This document shows positions 47,106 to 56,184 of a stretch of DNA of 64,000 nucleotides, piece after piece (position 1 is the first letter of the stretch; every line of letters starts with the position of its first letter). This DNA comes from Patescibacteria group bacterium (GTDB lineage: Bacteria; Patescibacteriota; Microgenomatia; UBA8517): assembly GCA_035260845.1 (NCBI GenBank), contig DATFUL010000003.1, positions 11,067-75,066 of the forward strand, given 5' to 3'. The notes below the pieces were generated by a model. The model was given only the letters and a program-made list of their open reading frames with translations. It did not search any database and was not told the DNA's origin. The position numbers and the translations under genes were made by a program.

Positions 47106-48580
47106 TTTGATTTAGATACAGGCTCTGTAAGATTGATTATTATATATTTATCAGTTTTTTCGATTGTCTTGAAGCGAGATTCAATCATTTTTGTGTCAGC
47201 ACTTCCCAAGTCCACTGAAACATAATAACTGGCTCCTTCTTTAATAATATTATCTATTGAATTATCAATTGCGGGCCAACCCTTTCTTTTTGTTTGATAA
47301 AGGAAGGCGGTATCTCCATTATATGGTGCAACAACAATAGAATTTTTTGGCGTAATTTTATCTACCTCATTACCCGCCTCAATAATTTCTGGGTGATTTA
47401 CGATGTAATCGCCTTTAACCTGAAACCAACCCGTAATAAGCATTATTAAAATAGAAAAAATCAGGATCGATCTTGCTAGGATTTTATTAAAAACTTGTTG
47501 ATTCCATAAATAAATACTTCCAGAAGCCAGTGTGAGGGCAATCACGGGAATTACCAATATCTGATAATAGTCGTGCATTACGTTTGCATCAGCAACAAGA
47601 ACTACATAAAAAATAAACCCGGCAAGAAACCAATGAATAAAAAGATTTTTAACTTTAGTGTTTAAAATTCCAAAAACAAATGGGATTAAGCCAAGCGAGC
47701 CAAGAATCAAGTGTCCTAAGCGCTCTCCAAAAATCCAATTCCAATAAGCTGGGTGAAATCTTATTCCGTTGCCGTTAAATGCCCACCAAAAAAGTGGAAT
47801 GCCGGCCGGAAATCTTGATTCCCAAATTCTCCATAGAATAAAGGGTAAAAATGCAATTGCGAAATAAAGTAGTGAATTAAATAAAAGTTTTTTGTTCTTG
47901 AAAATATTCCTAAAGCCATATTTCAGATTAAAAAGATATGCAATTGGAAAAAGATAAAATCCAAGATAAGGCTTAATTAGAAGCATTAAAGCAGCAAAGA
48001 CTGCAGAAAGATATAAATAGGCATTTCCAGAATCATCAAAAAATTTTACAAATGCCCAAATAGAAATTACCCCAAATGTTACTCCCATTGGATCAGGTAA
48101 AATTACACGTGTAAAATAAATATTAAAGGGTATAAACAGATAAAACAAAGCTGATAAAAGCCCGCCAGTACTTCCTAAAAATCTTTTGCCAATTAAATAT
48201 AAAAAGAAAGAAGTGGTAAGTGCAAAAAAAATAGTTATCAATCGTGACCAAACTTCAAGTGATAGTTTGGGAAATGTATTTGTTGATACTGCAGCAATGG
48301 CATTATATATAGGAAACTCAACCATTCTATAGCCATTTGGATTAAAAATACGCGATTGAATACTACTTATGTCGTCAAATTTGGGAATAAGAAGGTTAAT
48401 TCCATTTTGGATATATGTTCGAGTAACTGAAGCCGTGTCCGCTTGGCGCCAGCTATGCCAATCAGCAATTGGGTTATTTATCTTGTAAAGTCTGACAAGA
48501 AAACCAAGAATTAGAATCAATGATAACAAAAAGTACTCTATTTTTTGTGGATTCAGAATATGAATCGATTTATTGTTCAT
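47102..48580 (-). CDS. GT-C fold membrane glycosyltransferase (ArnT/PMT-like)
   Basis: RLYKI..P..DWHSWRQADT, EFPIYN, YF.R..LPD, LIKP, HDYYQ; about 11 TM helices. Confidence 0.8.
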   Translation of the reverse strand: MNNKSIHILNPQKIEYFLLSLILILGFLVRLYKINNPIADWHSWRQADTASVTRTYIQNGINLLIPKFDDISSIQSRIFNPNGYRMVEFPIYNAIAAVSTNTFPKLSLEVWSRLITIFFALTTSFFLYLIGKRFLGSTGGLLSALFYLFIPFNIYFTRVILPDPMGVTFGVISIWAFVKFFDDSGNAYLYLSAVFAALMLLIKPYLGFYLFPIAYLFNLKYGFRNIFKNKKLLFNSLLYFAIAFLPFILWRIWESRFPAGIPLFWWAFNGNGIRFHPAYWNWIFGERLGHLILGSLGLIPFVFGILNTKVKNLFIHWFLAGFIFYVVLVADANVMHDYYQILVIPVIALTLASGSIYLWNQQVFNKILARSILIFSILIMLITGWFQVKGDYIVNHPEIIEAGNEVDKITPKNSIVVAPYNGDTAFLYQTKRKGWPAIDNSIDNIIKEGASYYVSVDLGSADTKMIESRFKTIEKTDKYIIINLTEPVSKSK

Positions 48581-49958
48581 TTATATTATTTCTAATCAAA
48601 TATATGGAGTAACCGACCATGAACCAAAATATAGTGGCAAACTTCGATGCTTCGAAAAGATCTATAAATGTAGAACTAATAAAAGTGCCTACTATAGCAC
48701 CCAACATTCCTACTACAAAACCAAGTTCGATAGAAGAAAAGTTGTTTAGATATGGTATTGATTTAATAAACAATTTGCCAATTCTTGCAAATATTAATAT
48801 AAAGGCTAGTAAACCAAGCACGCCAGTTTCCGCAAGCATCCTTAAGAAATCATTATCGGTTGCAAGACCAATCGAAGAATAGCCTGTACCCAAAAGTGGA
48901 TTAACATTAAAGGCGCGTATTGCCGCAGGCCACTCGACATTGACTCTGATTGATGTTGATCTATCTTCAAAAACTGGAATTGGAGTTTGTGTTGCCGCTG
49001 GTAAATTTGACCTAAGAACTGGTAATGCTTGTGTTTCTGCATGAACAATAAAATCATTTTTGAGACTAATAAGTTTTATGGCTTTAATTTTTTGGTAATA
49101 AACATCAATTACTCTACCGAACCTGGCATCCAAACTTGAAGACTGCCCTATTAATAAAAAGCTTATAACAAGAATTACTCCAAGCGCCTTAAATTTTCGA
49201 GCAACAAGAAGCGCAATAGTCACTCCCACAAGGTAAGAAACCTGCGATATTCTGGAAAGTGAATTTATTAAAAGCCAAAGCCCGCCGCCAACTGCTATAA
49301 AAAGCCACACCTTACTCCACTTTTCTTTTATCACAAAAAATAGTGTTATAAAGATAGGAAGAAGCATAACCATAAAAGCAGCGAGGTCATAATGCCCGGC
49401 AAAAGTTGAACTGATATGGCTTCCCGGGGTCCATCTTAAAGCGACACCTTTTGAATACTGATCGTTTTGGGTAATAATTATTGGAAAACTTAAATATCTT
49501 TGCCCAAGGCCGTAAATAAACGCAACAATTGTTACTATAATTAAAATCTTAGTATAGTAAGCCAAGTTCTTTGTAATCTGCTCTTTTGTAAAGAGCGTTA
49601 GAACGGCAAAAAATGGTATTAGATACTCAAGTCTTCTAGCATAATTCAAAATTCCCAAATGCAGTTCAACTGTTTTTGTTAAAAAGACACCTGAAAGAAG
49701 TGAGATTAGGTTAACCCCAAAAAATATCACAAATGCGAGCGTAATTTTGTCCTTAAAAAATGTCTTAAAGTTAGTAATTACTCTAAAAAAAACAATTATT
49801 CCGAGTATTAATAAAAGAAGGTCTTCAAATCTAATAGCGACATAAGTCCCGGGTATTGAAAGTAAAGGAAACTTTGGAAAGAGTGGAACAATGACTAAAA
49901 TTGCAGCCAGCAAATATTTAGGAAGTGTACTTTTAAACCACATATTTATTTTTTCCAT
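48570..49958 (-). CDS. O-antigen ligase/polymerase-like membrane protein
   Basis: Multiple TM helices; STFAGHYDLA, SLSR, R...W, NPLLGTGY, DNDFLRMLAETGVLG. Confidence 0.8.
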   Translation of the reverse strand: MEKINMWFKSTLPKYLLAAILVIVPLFPKFPLLSIPGTYVAIRFEDLLLLILGIIVFFRVITNFKTFFKDKITLAFVIFFGVNLISLLSGVFLTKTVELHLGILNYARRLEYLIPFFAVLTLFTKEQITKNLAYYTKILIIVTIVAFIYGLGQRYLSFPIIITQNDQYSKGVALRWTPGSHISSTFAGHYDLAAFMVMLLPIFITLFFVIKEKWSKVWLFIAVGGGLWLLINSLSRISQVSYLVGVTIALLVARKFKALGVILVISFLLIGQSSSLDARFGRVIDVYYQKIKAIKLISLKNDFIVHAETQALPVLRSNLPAATQTPIPVFEDRSTSIRVNVEWPAAIRAFNVNPLLGTGYSSIGLATDNDFLRMLAETGVLGLLAFILIFARIGKLFIKSIPYLNNFSSIELGFVVGMLGAIVGTFISSTFIDLFEASKFATIFWFMVGYSIYLIRNNINEQ

Positions 49959-49960
49959 AT

Positions 49961-50527
49961 TTAAATCGTTTTTCCTTTCTTTATTATATTCTTTAAAAAA
50001 TTGACCTCGGGAACAAACGCTAAATAAATTATAGGTATTGAAGCTAAAGTGAAGAGAGTGATTAAAAATCTTACAACTAAACTGCTCGGAACAAATTTTA
50101 TTATAATTTTTTGCCTAAAATGCGTTCCCTCAATAACAATTCTATCTTTATAATCAGTCTCTGAAGGCTCATATCCATTAATGAATACAGTTTCACGCAT
50201 TGGATGAACAATTTCTTGTAAAAATGTGCTTCTAGTCTGATCACGAATTATGCTCCCTGAGTCTTCCGGTGGATAGTTTAAAAGGTAAGTTGGGAGCGGT
50301 AAGTTATGAAAACTTGAGTGTTTAAATTGTTCTTCGTACCAGTTAAGAACTTCGGAACGGGTTGCATCTGTAAAATAAGCCCGTCTAAGAGGACTTTCTG
50401 TATCTGCAGGCTCTTTTGATTCTAGTGAACCTGGAACTGGTTTTGGAAAATCAAAATCAGGAAGCGCAACATAAAAAAGAAGAGTTAAAGAAAAAAGAAT
50501 ATAAATAAAAATTAAGATTTTTTTCAT
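49961..50527 (-). CDS. Hypothetical protein with N- and C-terminal TM helices
   Basis: Start moved to ATG 50527 (MKKIL). The soluble loop is EPADTE..RRAYFT..LNYPPE..IRDQTRST. Confidence 0.7.
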   Translation of the reverse strand: MKKILIFIYILFSLTLLFYVALPDFDFPKPVPGSLESKEPADTESPLRRAYFTDATRSEVLNWYEEQFKHSSFHNLPLPTYLLNYPPEDSGSIIRDQTRSTFLQEIVHPMRETVFINGYEPSETDYKDRIVIEGTHFRQKIIIKFVPSSLVVRFLITLFTLASIPIIYLAFVPEVNFLKNIIKKGKTI

Positions 50528-50528
50528 A

Positions 50529-51155
50529 TCAATCGTTTGAGATAATCCTTTCTTCTCCAACTACTGTAATTTTACCATCCTCAACTATTATTTCTTCACC
50601 ATTTTTCAATAAATATAATTTATTTCCTTTGTAATTCTTTTTAATTTTTTCGTACAAAGATTCTTCATAATGCGGATAAATGTCAAAATCAACAAGACCA
50701 AGTGGCTTAATATATTCTGACCCCCGCTCTTCATCAATAAAACTCCAACTCGCAATCTCCAGGCTTTGACCTGCAACCATCGAACCAGCGCTTGATCCAA
50801 CATAAAGTGTGCCTTTATCCAAAACATCCTTTAGATTTTGGTCTAGACGGCAACGTCTAACCCAGTACATCAAATATCCAGCCATCCCTCCCGCAAACCA
50901 AACAATATCTTTTCCTACTATCTCCTTTATAACAGAGTCGCTTCTATATTCCTCTAGCTGAACTAATTTAACTTTGACAGGAAGTGTTTGAAGCAGTTTC
51001 CAGGAGCCACTTTCCTTCCAACTTTCCCAACCAGATTCGCCATTAGCCGCAGTTGGAATGTATGCAATTGATTTTCCTTCAAAACCGCCTATATACTCTT
51101 CAAGTTTTTTAATTGATTCAGGGTTTTTTACTTCAGAAGCCAAAAAGAGTTTCAT
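50529..51155 (-). CDS. Peptidase S51 (peptidase E) family
   Basis: YIPTA, AGG, YVGSSAGS nucleophile elbow, GLVDF.IYPHY. Confidence 0.85.
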   Translation of the reverse strand: MKLFLASEVKNPESIKKLEEYIGGFEGKSIAYIPTAANGESGWESWKESGSWKLLQTLPVKVKLVQLEEYRSDSVIKEIVGKDIVWFAGGMAGYLMYWVRRCRLDQNLKDVLDKGTLYVGSSAGSMVAGQSLEIASWSFIDEERGSEYIKPLGLVDFDIYPHYEESLYEKIKKNYKGNKLYLLKNGEEIIVEDGKITVVGEERIISND

Positions 51156-51158
51156 AAA

Positions 51159-51755
51159 CTATTGGAAAAGCCTAGCCCTTCCTAATTTATAACTTGGATT
51201 TTTATTCTTACGCTCACCAATAATTTTTGCTGGAACCCCGCCAACGATGGCAAAATCAGGAACATCTTTTGTGACAACTGCTCCAGCTGCGACAACCGAT
51301 CCGCGACCAACCTTAACGCCAGGCAAAATTATTGCGCGGGGCCCTATAAAAACATAGTCTTCAATTGTTACAGGTTCTGTTCGCGCTTCAAAGTTTTCTT
51401 TTTCCAGATCATGCTCGGAGTTATAAATCATAACACTTGAAGCCATATCAACATGATTTCCAATAGTAAGTTTCGCCCTTCCATCTAAAAACACATGGTC
51501 CCCTATAATTGTGTCGTCACCTATCAATATTCCAGTCGGATCAAAAAAGTTTGCCCACATATGTACTACTGAGCCCTTTCCAATTTTCATCCCTGAAAGA
51601 ATGTAGAAAAATTTTCTAATTGTGTGAAATGGAACATGCGAAACCCACCTTAAAACCATAAGTTCAAAATCCAAAAAGTAATTATAAAAACGATTGAATA
51701 TTTTTGGAATTGCCTGATTAATAGTTAGTTTTTTACCTGTTTTGTCAGTAAACAT
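51159..51755 (-). CDS. Hexapeptide-repeat O-acetyltransferase
   Basis: IGKGS, IGDD, IGNHV, IEDYVFIG, VAAGAVVTKDVP, VGGVPAK. Confidence 0.92.
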   Translation of the reverse strand: MFTDKTGKKLTINQAIPKIFNRFYNYFLDFELMVLRWVSHVPFHTIRKFFYILSGMKIGKGSVVHMWANFFDPTGILIGDDTIIGDHVFLDGRAKLTIGNHVDMASSVMIYNSEHDLEKENFEARTEPVTIEDYVFIGPRAIILPGVKVGRGSVVAAGAVVTKDVPDFAIVGGVPAKIIGERKNKNPSYKLGRARLFQ

Positions 51756-51802
51756 TTTATTTTATAAAATGTTTGGCCACCTGCTGGTGGTGAACATCTT
51801 TA
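51748..51802 (-). repeat. Copy / inverted copy / copy structure at the acetyltransferase start
   Basis: A perfect 11-bp inverted repeat AAACATTTTAT-3 nt-ATAAAATGTTT (51750-51774) covers the ATG. An upstream degenerate copy at 51790-51802 and an inner CCACC/GGTGG stem are also present. Confidence 0.75.
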
Positions 51803-52929
51803 ATAATTTTTAGAGTCTCACGGGCTGTCTTTTCCCAAGAAAACTTTTTAGCCTGTAAAACTCCTCTCTTAACCATACTATTATATTCCAAGTTGCCCAT
51901 AGAAAGCACCTGGGCTATTCCACGCGCGATACTGGTTGTGCTTTTAGGATCAACCAAAATCCCCGCGTCTCCAACCACCTCCGGAAGTGAACCCACATCG
52001 CTTACAACAGCAGGGACACCACTAGCCATAGCGTTTAAGACATCGAGTCCGAACCCTTCCCAAAAAGAAGGCAGTACAAATACGCGAGCGCCCTTAACTA
52101 ATCCGGCTTTATCTTCCTCAGGGATAAAATCAGTAAATATTACTCTTTTCGCGAGATCAAGATTTTCGACTTTCTTAAATATAGAATCAAACATCCATCC
52201 TTTCTTTCCAGCAATAACTAATTTAATATTTTTGGTAATTGGTAATTGATAATTGGTAATGACAGCCTGAAAGGCAGTTAGCAACCCTTCTATATTTTTA
52301 CTTGGCTTCAAAGTGCCAATATATAGAATATAGTCATCAACTATGGAGTATTTACTTTTTACACGTCGCACATCCTTATCAGGTATGTCCAAGTTGAACT
52401 GGCTATGGTCATATGCGAGATGGGTAACTCTAGTTTTATCAGATGCTAATGGGTAATGTCGTACAATATCGTTCTTTGTACTGTTTGATATAGCAATGAC
52501 CGCTTTTGATACAAATATACTGATAGCAGTCCACAACTTTAACTGCCAAAAGTCTTTTTTTGTAAATTGTCCCGAATATTCGAGGTAACCAAGGTCCATA
52601 ATTGAACAGACTGTAGGCATTGTGGTTACTGGTGGTAAGTAGTGACTTGGTGAGAAGAAAACATTAGGCTTAGGTTTACCAAAAATCAGAGATGGCATGA
52701 GCTTTTTTAAAATCCACATTCCGCCGCCCGGAATAATTTTATATCTAAAGTTCGCAGTTTCTTCGGGCATATCGGGCAACGGTTTTTCTTTTAGGTAAAT
52801 TATCAATGAATCTTCAACTTTCCATTCATCCTGTAGTTTCCAGAGATTTCGAATCAACTCATAGGCATAAGTATTAACACCTACCCGATATTTAACATTA
52901 GCCTCGTTGCCATCAATACCAATTATCAT
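51757..52929 (-). CDS. Glycosyltransferase family 4
   Basis: IGIDGNEAN, IMDL, GTLKPSKN, EGFGLDVLNAMASG, FSWEKTA. Confidence 0.92.
   Translation of the reverse strand: MIIGIDGNEANVKYRVGVNTYAYELIRNLWKLQDEWKVEDSLIIYLKEKPLPDMPEETANFRYKIIPGGGMWILKKLMPSLIFGKPKPNVFFSPSHYLPPVTTMPTVCSIMDLGYLEYSGQFTKKDFWQLKLWTAISIFVSKAVIAISNSTKNDIVRHYPLASDKTRVTHLAYDHSQFNLDIPDKDVRRVKSKYSIVDDYILYIGTLKPSKNIEGLLTAFQAVITNYQLPITKNIKLVIAGKKGWMFDSIFKKVENLDLAKRVIFTDFIPEEDKAGLVKGARVFVLPSFWEGFGLDVLNAMASGVPAVVSDVGSLPEVVGDAGILVDPKSTTSIARGIAQVLSMGNLEYNSMVKRGVLQAKKFSWEKTARETLKIIKDVHHQQVAKHFIK
52232..52259. repeat. 7-nt tandem repeat (TTGGTAA x4) inside a GT4 gene
   Basis: ttggtaa ttggtaa ttgataa ttggtaa; encodes ITNYQLPITK. Confidence 0.85.
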
Positions 52930-54005
52930 TGTTGGGCCTCCTTATCAGCAATTGACGCTTCCCGATATACATCTAATGTCATCTTGGCAGTTTTCTCCCA
53001 AGAAAAATCTTTTACGCGCCTAAGTCCTTTATCTATATAAGCCTTTGGGCCTCTAATAACCTTTTCTATGCCCTCTGTAATCGACTCTATACTTGTTGGG
53101 TCTACTAATATGGCCGCATTCCCTGCAACCTCACTCATACTGGATATATTAGATGTAACTACAGGGACACTGCAGTTAAAAGCATCCAAAATTGGGATTC
53201 CAAAACCTTCATAAAGAGAAGCAAATAGTAACCCACTCGATCCTGACAACAGGGCAGCTAAGTCATTAGAATCAACATGTCCCAAGAATCTTACGTTTCT
53301 CTCTACGGGGAATTCGATTCCGCTTGGACGGCCAACTACTATTAATTTTAGATCTTTTCCTGGTCGTGCTAAATGGAATGATTTGACAATAGCCTTGGTA
53401 TTTTTAAGCCTTGTTGCGCCAATAGAAATTAAGTAGTCGCCAACAATGCCATATTTTGACTTTACTGAATCAATTAAAGAATCGTTCGGCCTTGTTAGAG
53501 TTGGTGCTTCAGGGATAACTCTAATTAGATTTTCAGATAAACCAATCTCAAGAAGATCATTTTTAGTGGAATTTGAGGGAACTATTATTCTTTTGCTTTC
53601 CTGAAAAACCCAACTCAATCTTCGCTTATGCACATCACGCACCACTCCATTTATTAATTTAGGGAATTTGATTGGATATAAGTCGTGTATGGTTGTAACT
53701 TTAAAAGCGCTAGAAGGTGGCTCCGACCAATCAGAAGAGTGGAAGACATCAATATTACCAATAAATTTCTCGATTGGAAACATATGCAGCCTATTCCAAA
53801 TCACGTCGGCCAACATTGGCGGAATTGGAAAGACTTTGGTTGTCGGAAGTAGTGAAAGAATATCTGCTTTTCTTCTCAAACTCCCTGCAAAGAGTACATA
53901 TTCATTGTTATGGTCTAGGCGAAGCAGGTTTTCAACCAAATTTTTTGTGTACACAGAAACACCTGTCCCATACACAACTTGACTGACATCAATTCCAACA
54001 CGCAT
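52926..54005 (-). CDS. Glycosyltransferase family 4
   Basis: GIDVS, TGVSVY, TIHDL, EGFGIPILDAF, FSWEKTA. SD sequence AAAGGAG lies 8 nt before ATG 54005. Confidence 0.92.
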   Translation of the reverse strand: MRVGIDVSQVVYGTGVSVYTKNLVENLLRLDHNNEYVLFAGSLRRKADILSLLPTTKVFPIPPMLADVIWNRLHMFPIEKFIGNIDVFHSSDWSEPPSSAFKVTTIHDLYPIKFPKLINGVVRDVHKRRLSWVFQESKRIIVPSNSTKNDLLEIGLSENLIRVIPEAPTLTRPNDSLIDSVKSKYGIVGDYLISIGATRLKNTKAIVKSFHLARPGKDLKLIVVGRPSGIEFPVERNVRFLGHVDSNDLAALLSGSSGLLFASLYEGFGIPILDAFNCSVPVVTSNISSMSEVAGNAAILVDPTSIESITEGIEKVIRGPKAYIDKGLRRVKDFSWEKTAKMTLDVYREASIADKEAQQ

Positions 54006-54049
54006 AATCAAATCTCCTTTCTTCGTAGCAAACTTTGCTTATAAGCATA

Positions 54050-55351
54050 TTATTTAGTATATTTTCGAAAAATCACCCCGTTAAAGTTAAATTCCTCGAA
54101 TCTATTATAACCCAGATTCTCTATCTTCTTGCGTACGGAGTCCGTCGGATCAAATATCTCCCAGACATACCTTGATAGCCAGACTTCCGGCTCTTTGCCA
54201 CTAATTTTACTTATATCAACAATCTGCATTTCTTTACCATAATAAATCAATGCTTCTTTTTGAGAATTTGAAGGAGTAATAATTTTACTGTTTCCTATTG
54301 TTTTAGCGGCCAATCTCCAGTCTTCTCTATAAAATTTGGGGGTAAATAAATAATAAAACGATGTTGCAAGATTGATAAGAATAATTATACTAAGAAGGAT
54401 ATTTTTATACCTTCCTGATTTTTCAACTCCGCTAGCAACTAAAATATAAAAAGCAGGTAAGCAAAAAAGAAAACGAAAATAAGACAGTATTGGAATTTCA
54501 AAAGAGACCGCAATCCCAATAAAAATTGGTATTACTAGCCACGCCCAAACCAAATTTGAGCTTTTACGTGCTTTATAAAGGAGGTATCCAAAAATTAAGA
54601 CTAAAAATACAATAATCGCACTATAGATCAGTTTATTTTCAAAACCAACTCTGCCTATTATAAACTTAACAGGGATTAACGCTATATTTTTGTAACTCAA
54701 TTCCCCCAGTGTTCTCCACCAGCCAATAAACGTTGATACAGACTTTGTCCCCCCTAAGAGTTGTTCTAAAAATATGGATTTCCAGACTGTGAAAAAAATA
54801 AGAAGTGGGGTCAAAGAAACTAAAATTTTTTTCCAATCTTTAATTCCAAAAAATAAAAATATTGGAATTATAAATAAGGCTACATAATCCGTCATTCCCA
54901 AAAACATTAATGCTAGCGAAAATAAAATCCATTTTTTATTAATAAATAAATATATTAATGTGGTGACCAAAAAAGCTGCCAACATATACATTCTTGCTTC
55001 CTGAGAATAGTAAATAAAAAGACCAGAAGTAGAAACCAACAAGCTAGAGATTAACCCTACTTTTTGATCGAATATCTTTTTAGCAATTAAATAGGTTAAG
55101 TATATTGTTCCCAAACCAAAAATTATTGACGGAACCCGAAGAGTAATTTCTGAAAAACCAAACGTGCTAGCCCAGAACTTGAGAATAAGATAGTAAAGAG
55201 GAGGGTGAAAGTCTCCAGGTAGAAATTTTGTAAAAATATCGTGTACAGACATCCTAGCGACAAGCGCTGTAGTCGCCTCATCTAACCATAGCGATTGATT
55301 TATTGAAATAAGTCTAAGAACAAAACCGGCCAAAAGTATTAAATAGATCAT
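54050..55351 (-). CDS. GT-C fold membrane glycosyltransferase (PMT/ArnT-like)
   Basis: LRL..QSLWLDEA, DFHPPLYY, LRVPS, YYSQEARMY. Confidence 0.85.
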   Translation of the reverse strand: MIYLILLAGFVLRLISINQSLWLDEATTALVARMSVHDIFTKFLPGDFHPPLYYLILKFWASTFGFSEITLRVPSIIFGLGTIYLTYLIAKKIFDQKVGLISSLLVSTSGLFIYYSQEARMYMLAAFLVTTLIYLFINKKWILFSLALMFLGMTDYVALFIIPIFLFFGIKDWKKILVSLTPLLIFFTVWKSIFLEQLLGGTKSVSTFIGWWRTLGELSYKNIALIPVKFIIGRVGFENKLIYSAIIVFLVLIFGYLLYKARKSSNLVWAWLVIPIFIGIAVSFEIPILSYFRFLFCLPAFYILVASGVEKSGRYKNILLSIIILINLATSFYYLFTPKFYREDWRLAAKTIGNSKIITPSNSQKEALIYYGKEMQIVDISKISGKEPEVWLSRYVWEIFDPTDSVRKKIENLGYNRFEEFNFNGVIFRKYTK

Positions 55352-56184
55352 TTTGAAGACTTTCCGCCAAACAATACTTCCAAAATACCAATAGAAATTC
55401 CTAAATCGTAAACTACTTTAAATACAACAAAAGAATATACATTAGATAGAATTGCCTTATATATTCCTATTAGAATTGATACAGGCAGCGACGATCTTAC
55501 TAGCGCAACAATATACCCCAAACTCCCAAGTTTATATTTTCTTTTTCCCACCCATTTTGCATGCTTAAATATTTCAATTAAATTCGACGGATTTTTATGA
55601 TAAAAAATCGCATCCGGTGCATTTATTGCCTCGTAACCTAACTTTTGAGACAAACTCCAATCGTCATCATAACCCCCAGGAGTAAAACCATTAACTCTTT
55701 CAAATTCACTTTTAAGAATTGCGCGAAAGACGGGTTGGGTATCTGGGTAATTCTTTACATGCCGTCTTTTATTTTCCCAATTCTCGTTTATGTTCCAACA
55801 TTTTGCCCAATTATTTTCCCAATTTGACACATATTCTTCTTTACTAAAAGTGCCTTTTATGTCTCCGTCTTTGATCGGTTTGATAAGTGCGCGAAGAAAG
55901 TTTTTATCAAAAGTCATGTCAGCATCAACAAAAACCAAAATTTCACCTTTTGAGTTCTTCACCCCGAAATTTCTTGCGGCGCCAGCACCTTTGTGATTTT
56001 GTTTAAAAAAATGAAAAATCGAAATTGTTTTTTTAAGGTTTATTAAAATTTCGTCGGTACCATCACGGCTTCCGTCATCAATAACAATAATTTCAAAATC
56101 TTTTTCTGTTTGATATCCCAACGACTCTATACACTTTTCCAAAACTTCTTTTTCGTTATATGTGGGAATTATTACAGAAATCAT
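55348..56184 (-). CDS. Glycosyltransferase family 2
   Basis: SVIIPTYNE, IDDGS.D, ARN.G, FVDAD; hydrophobic C-terminus. Confidence 0.93.
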   Translation of the reverse strand: MISVIIPTYNEKEVLEKCIESLGYQTEKDFEIIVIDDGSRDGTDEILINLKKTISIFHFFKQNHKGAGAARNFGVKNSKGEILVFVDADMTFDKNFLRALIKPIKDGDIKGTFSKEEYVSNWENNWAKCWNINENWENKRRHVKNYPDTQPVFRAILKSEFERVNGFTPGGYDDDWSLSQKLGYEAINAPDAIFYHKNPSNLIEIFKHAKWVGKRKYKLGSLGYIVALVRSSLPVSILIGIYKAILSNVYSFVVFKVVYDLGISIGILEVLFGGKSSK

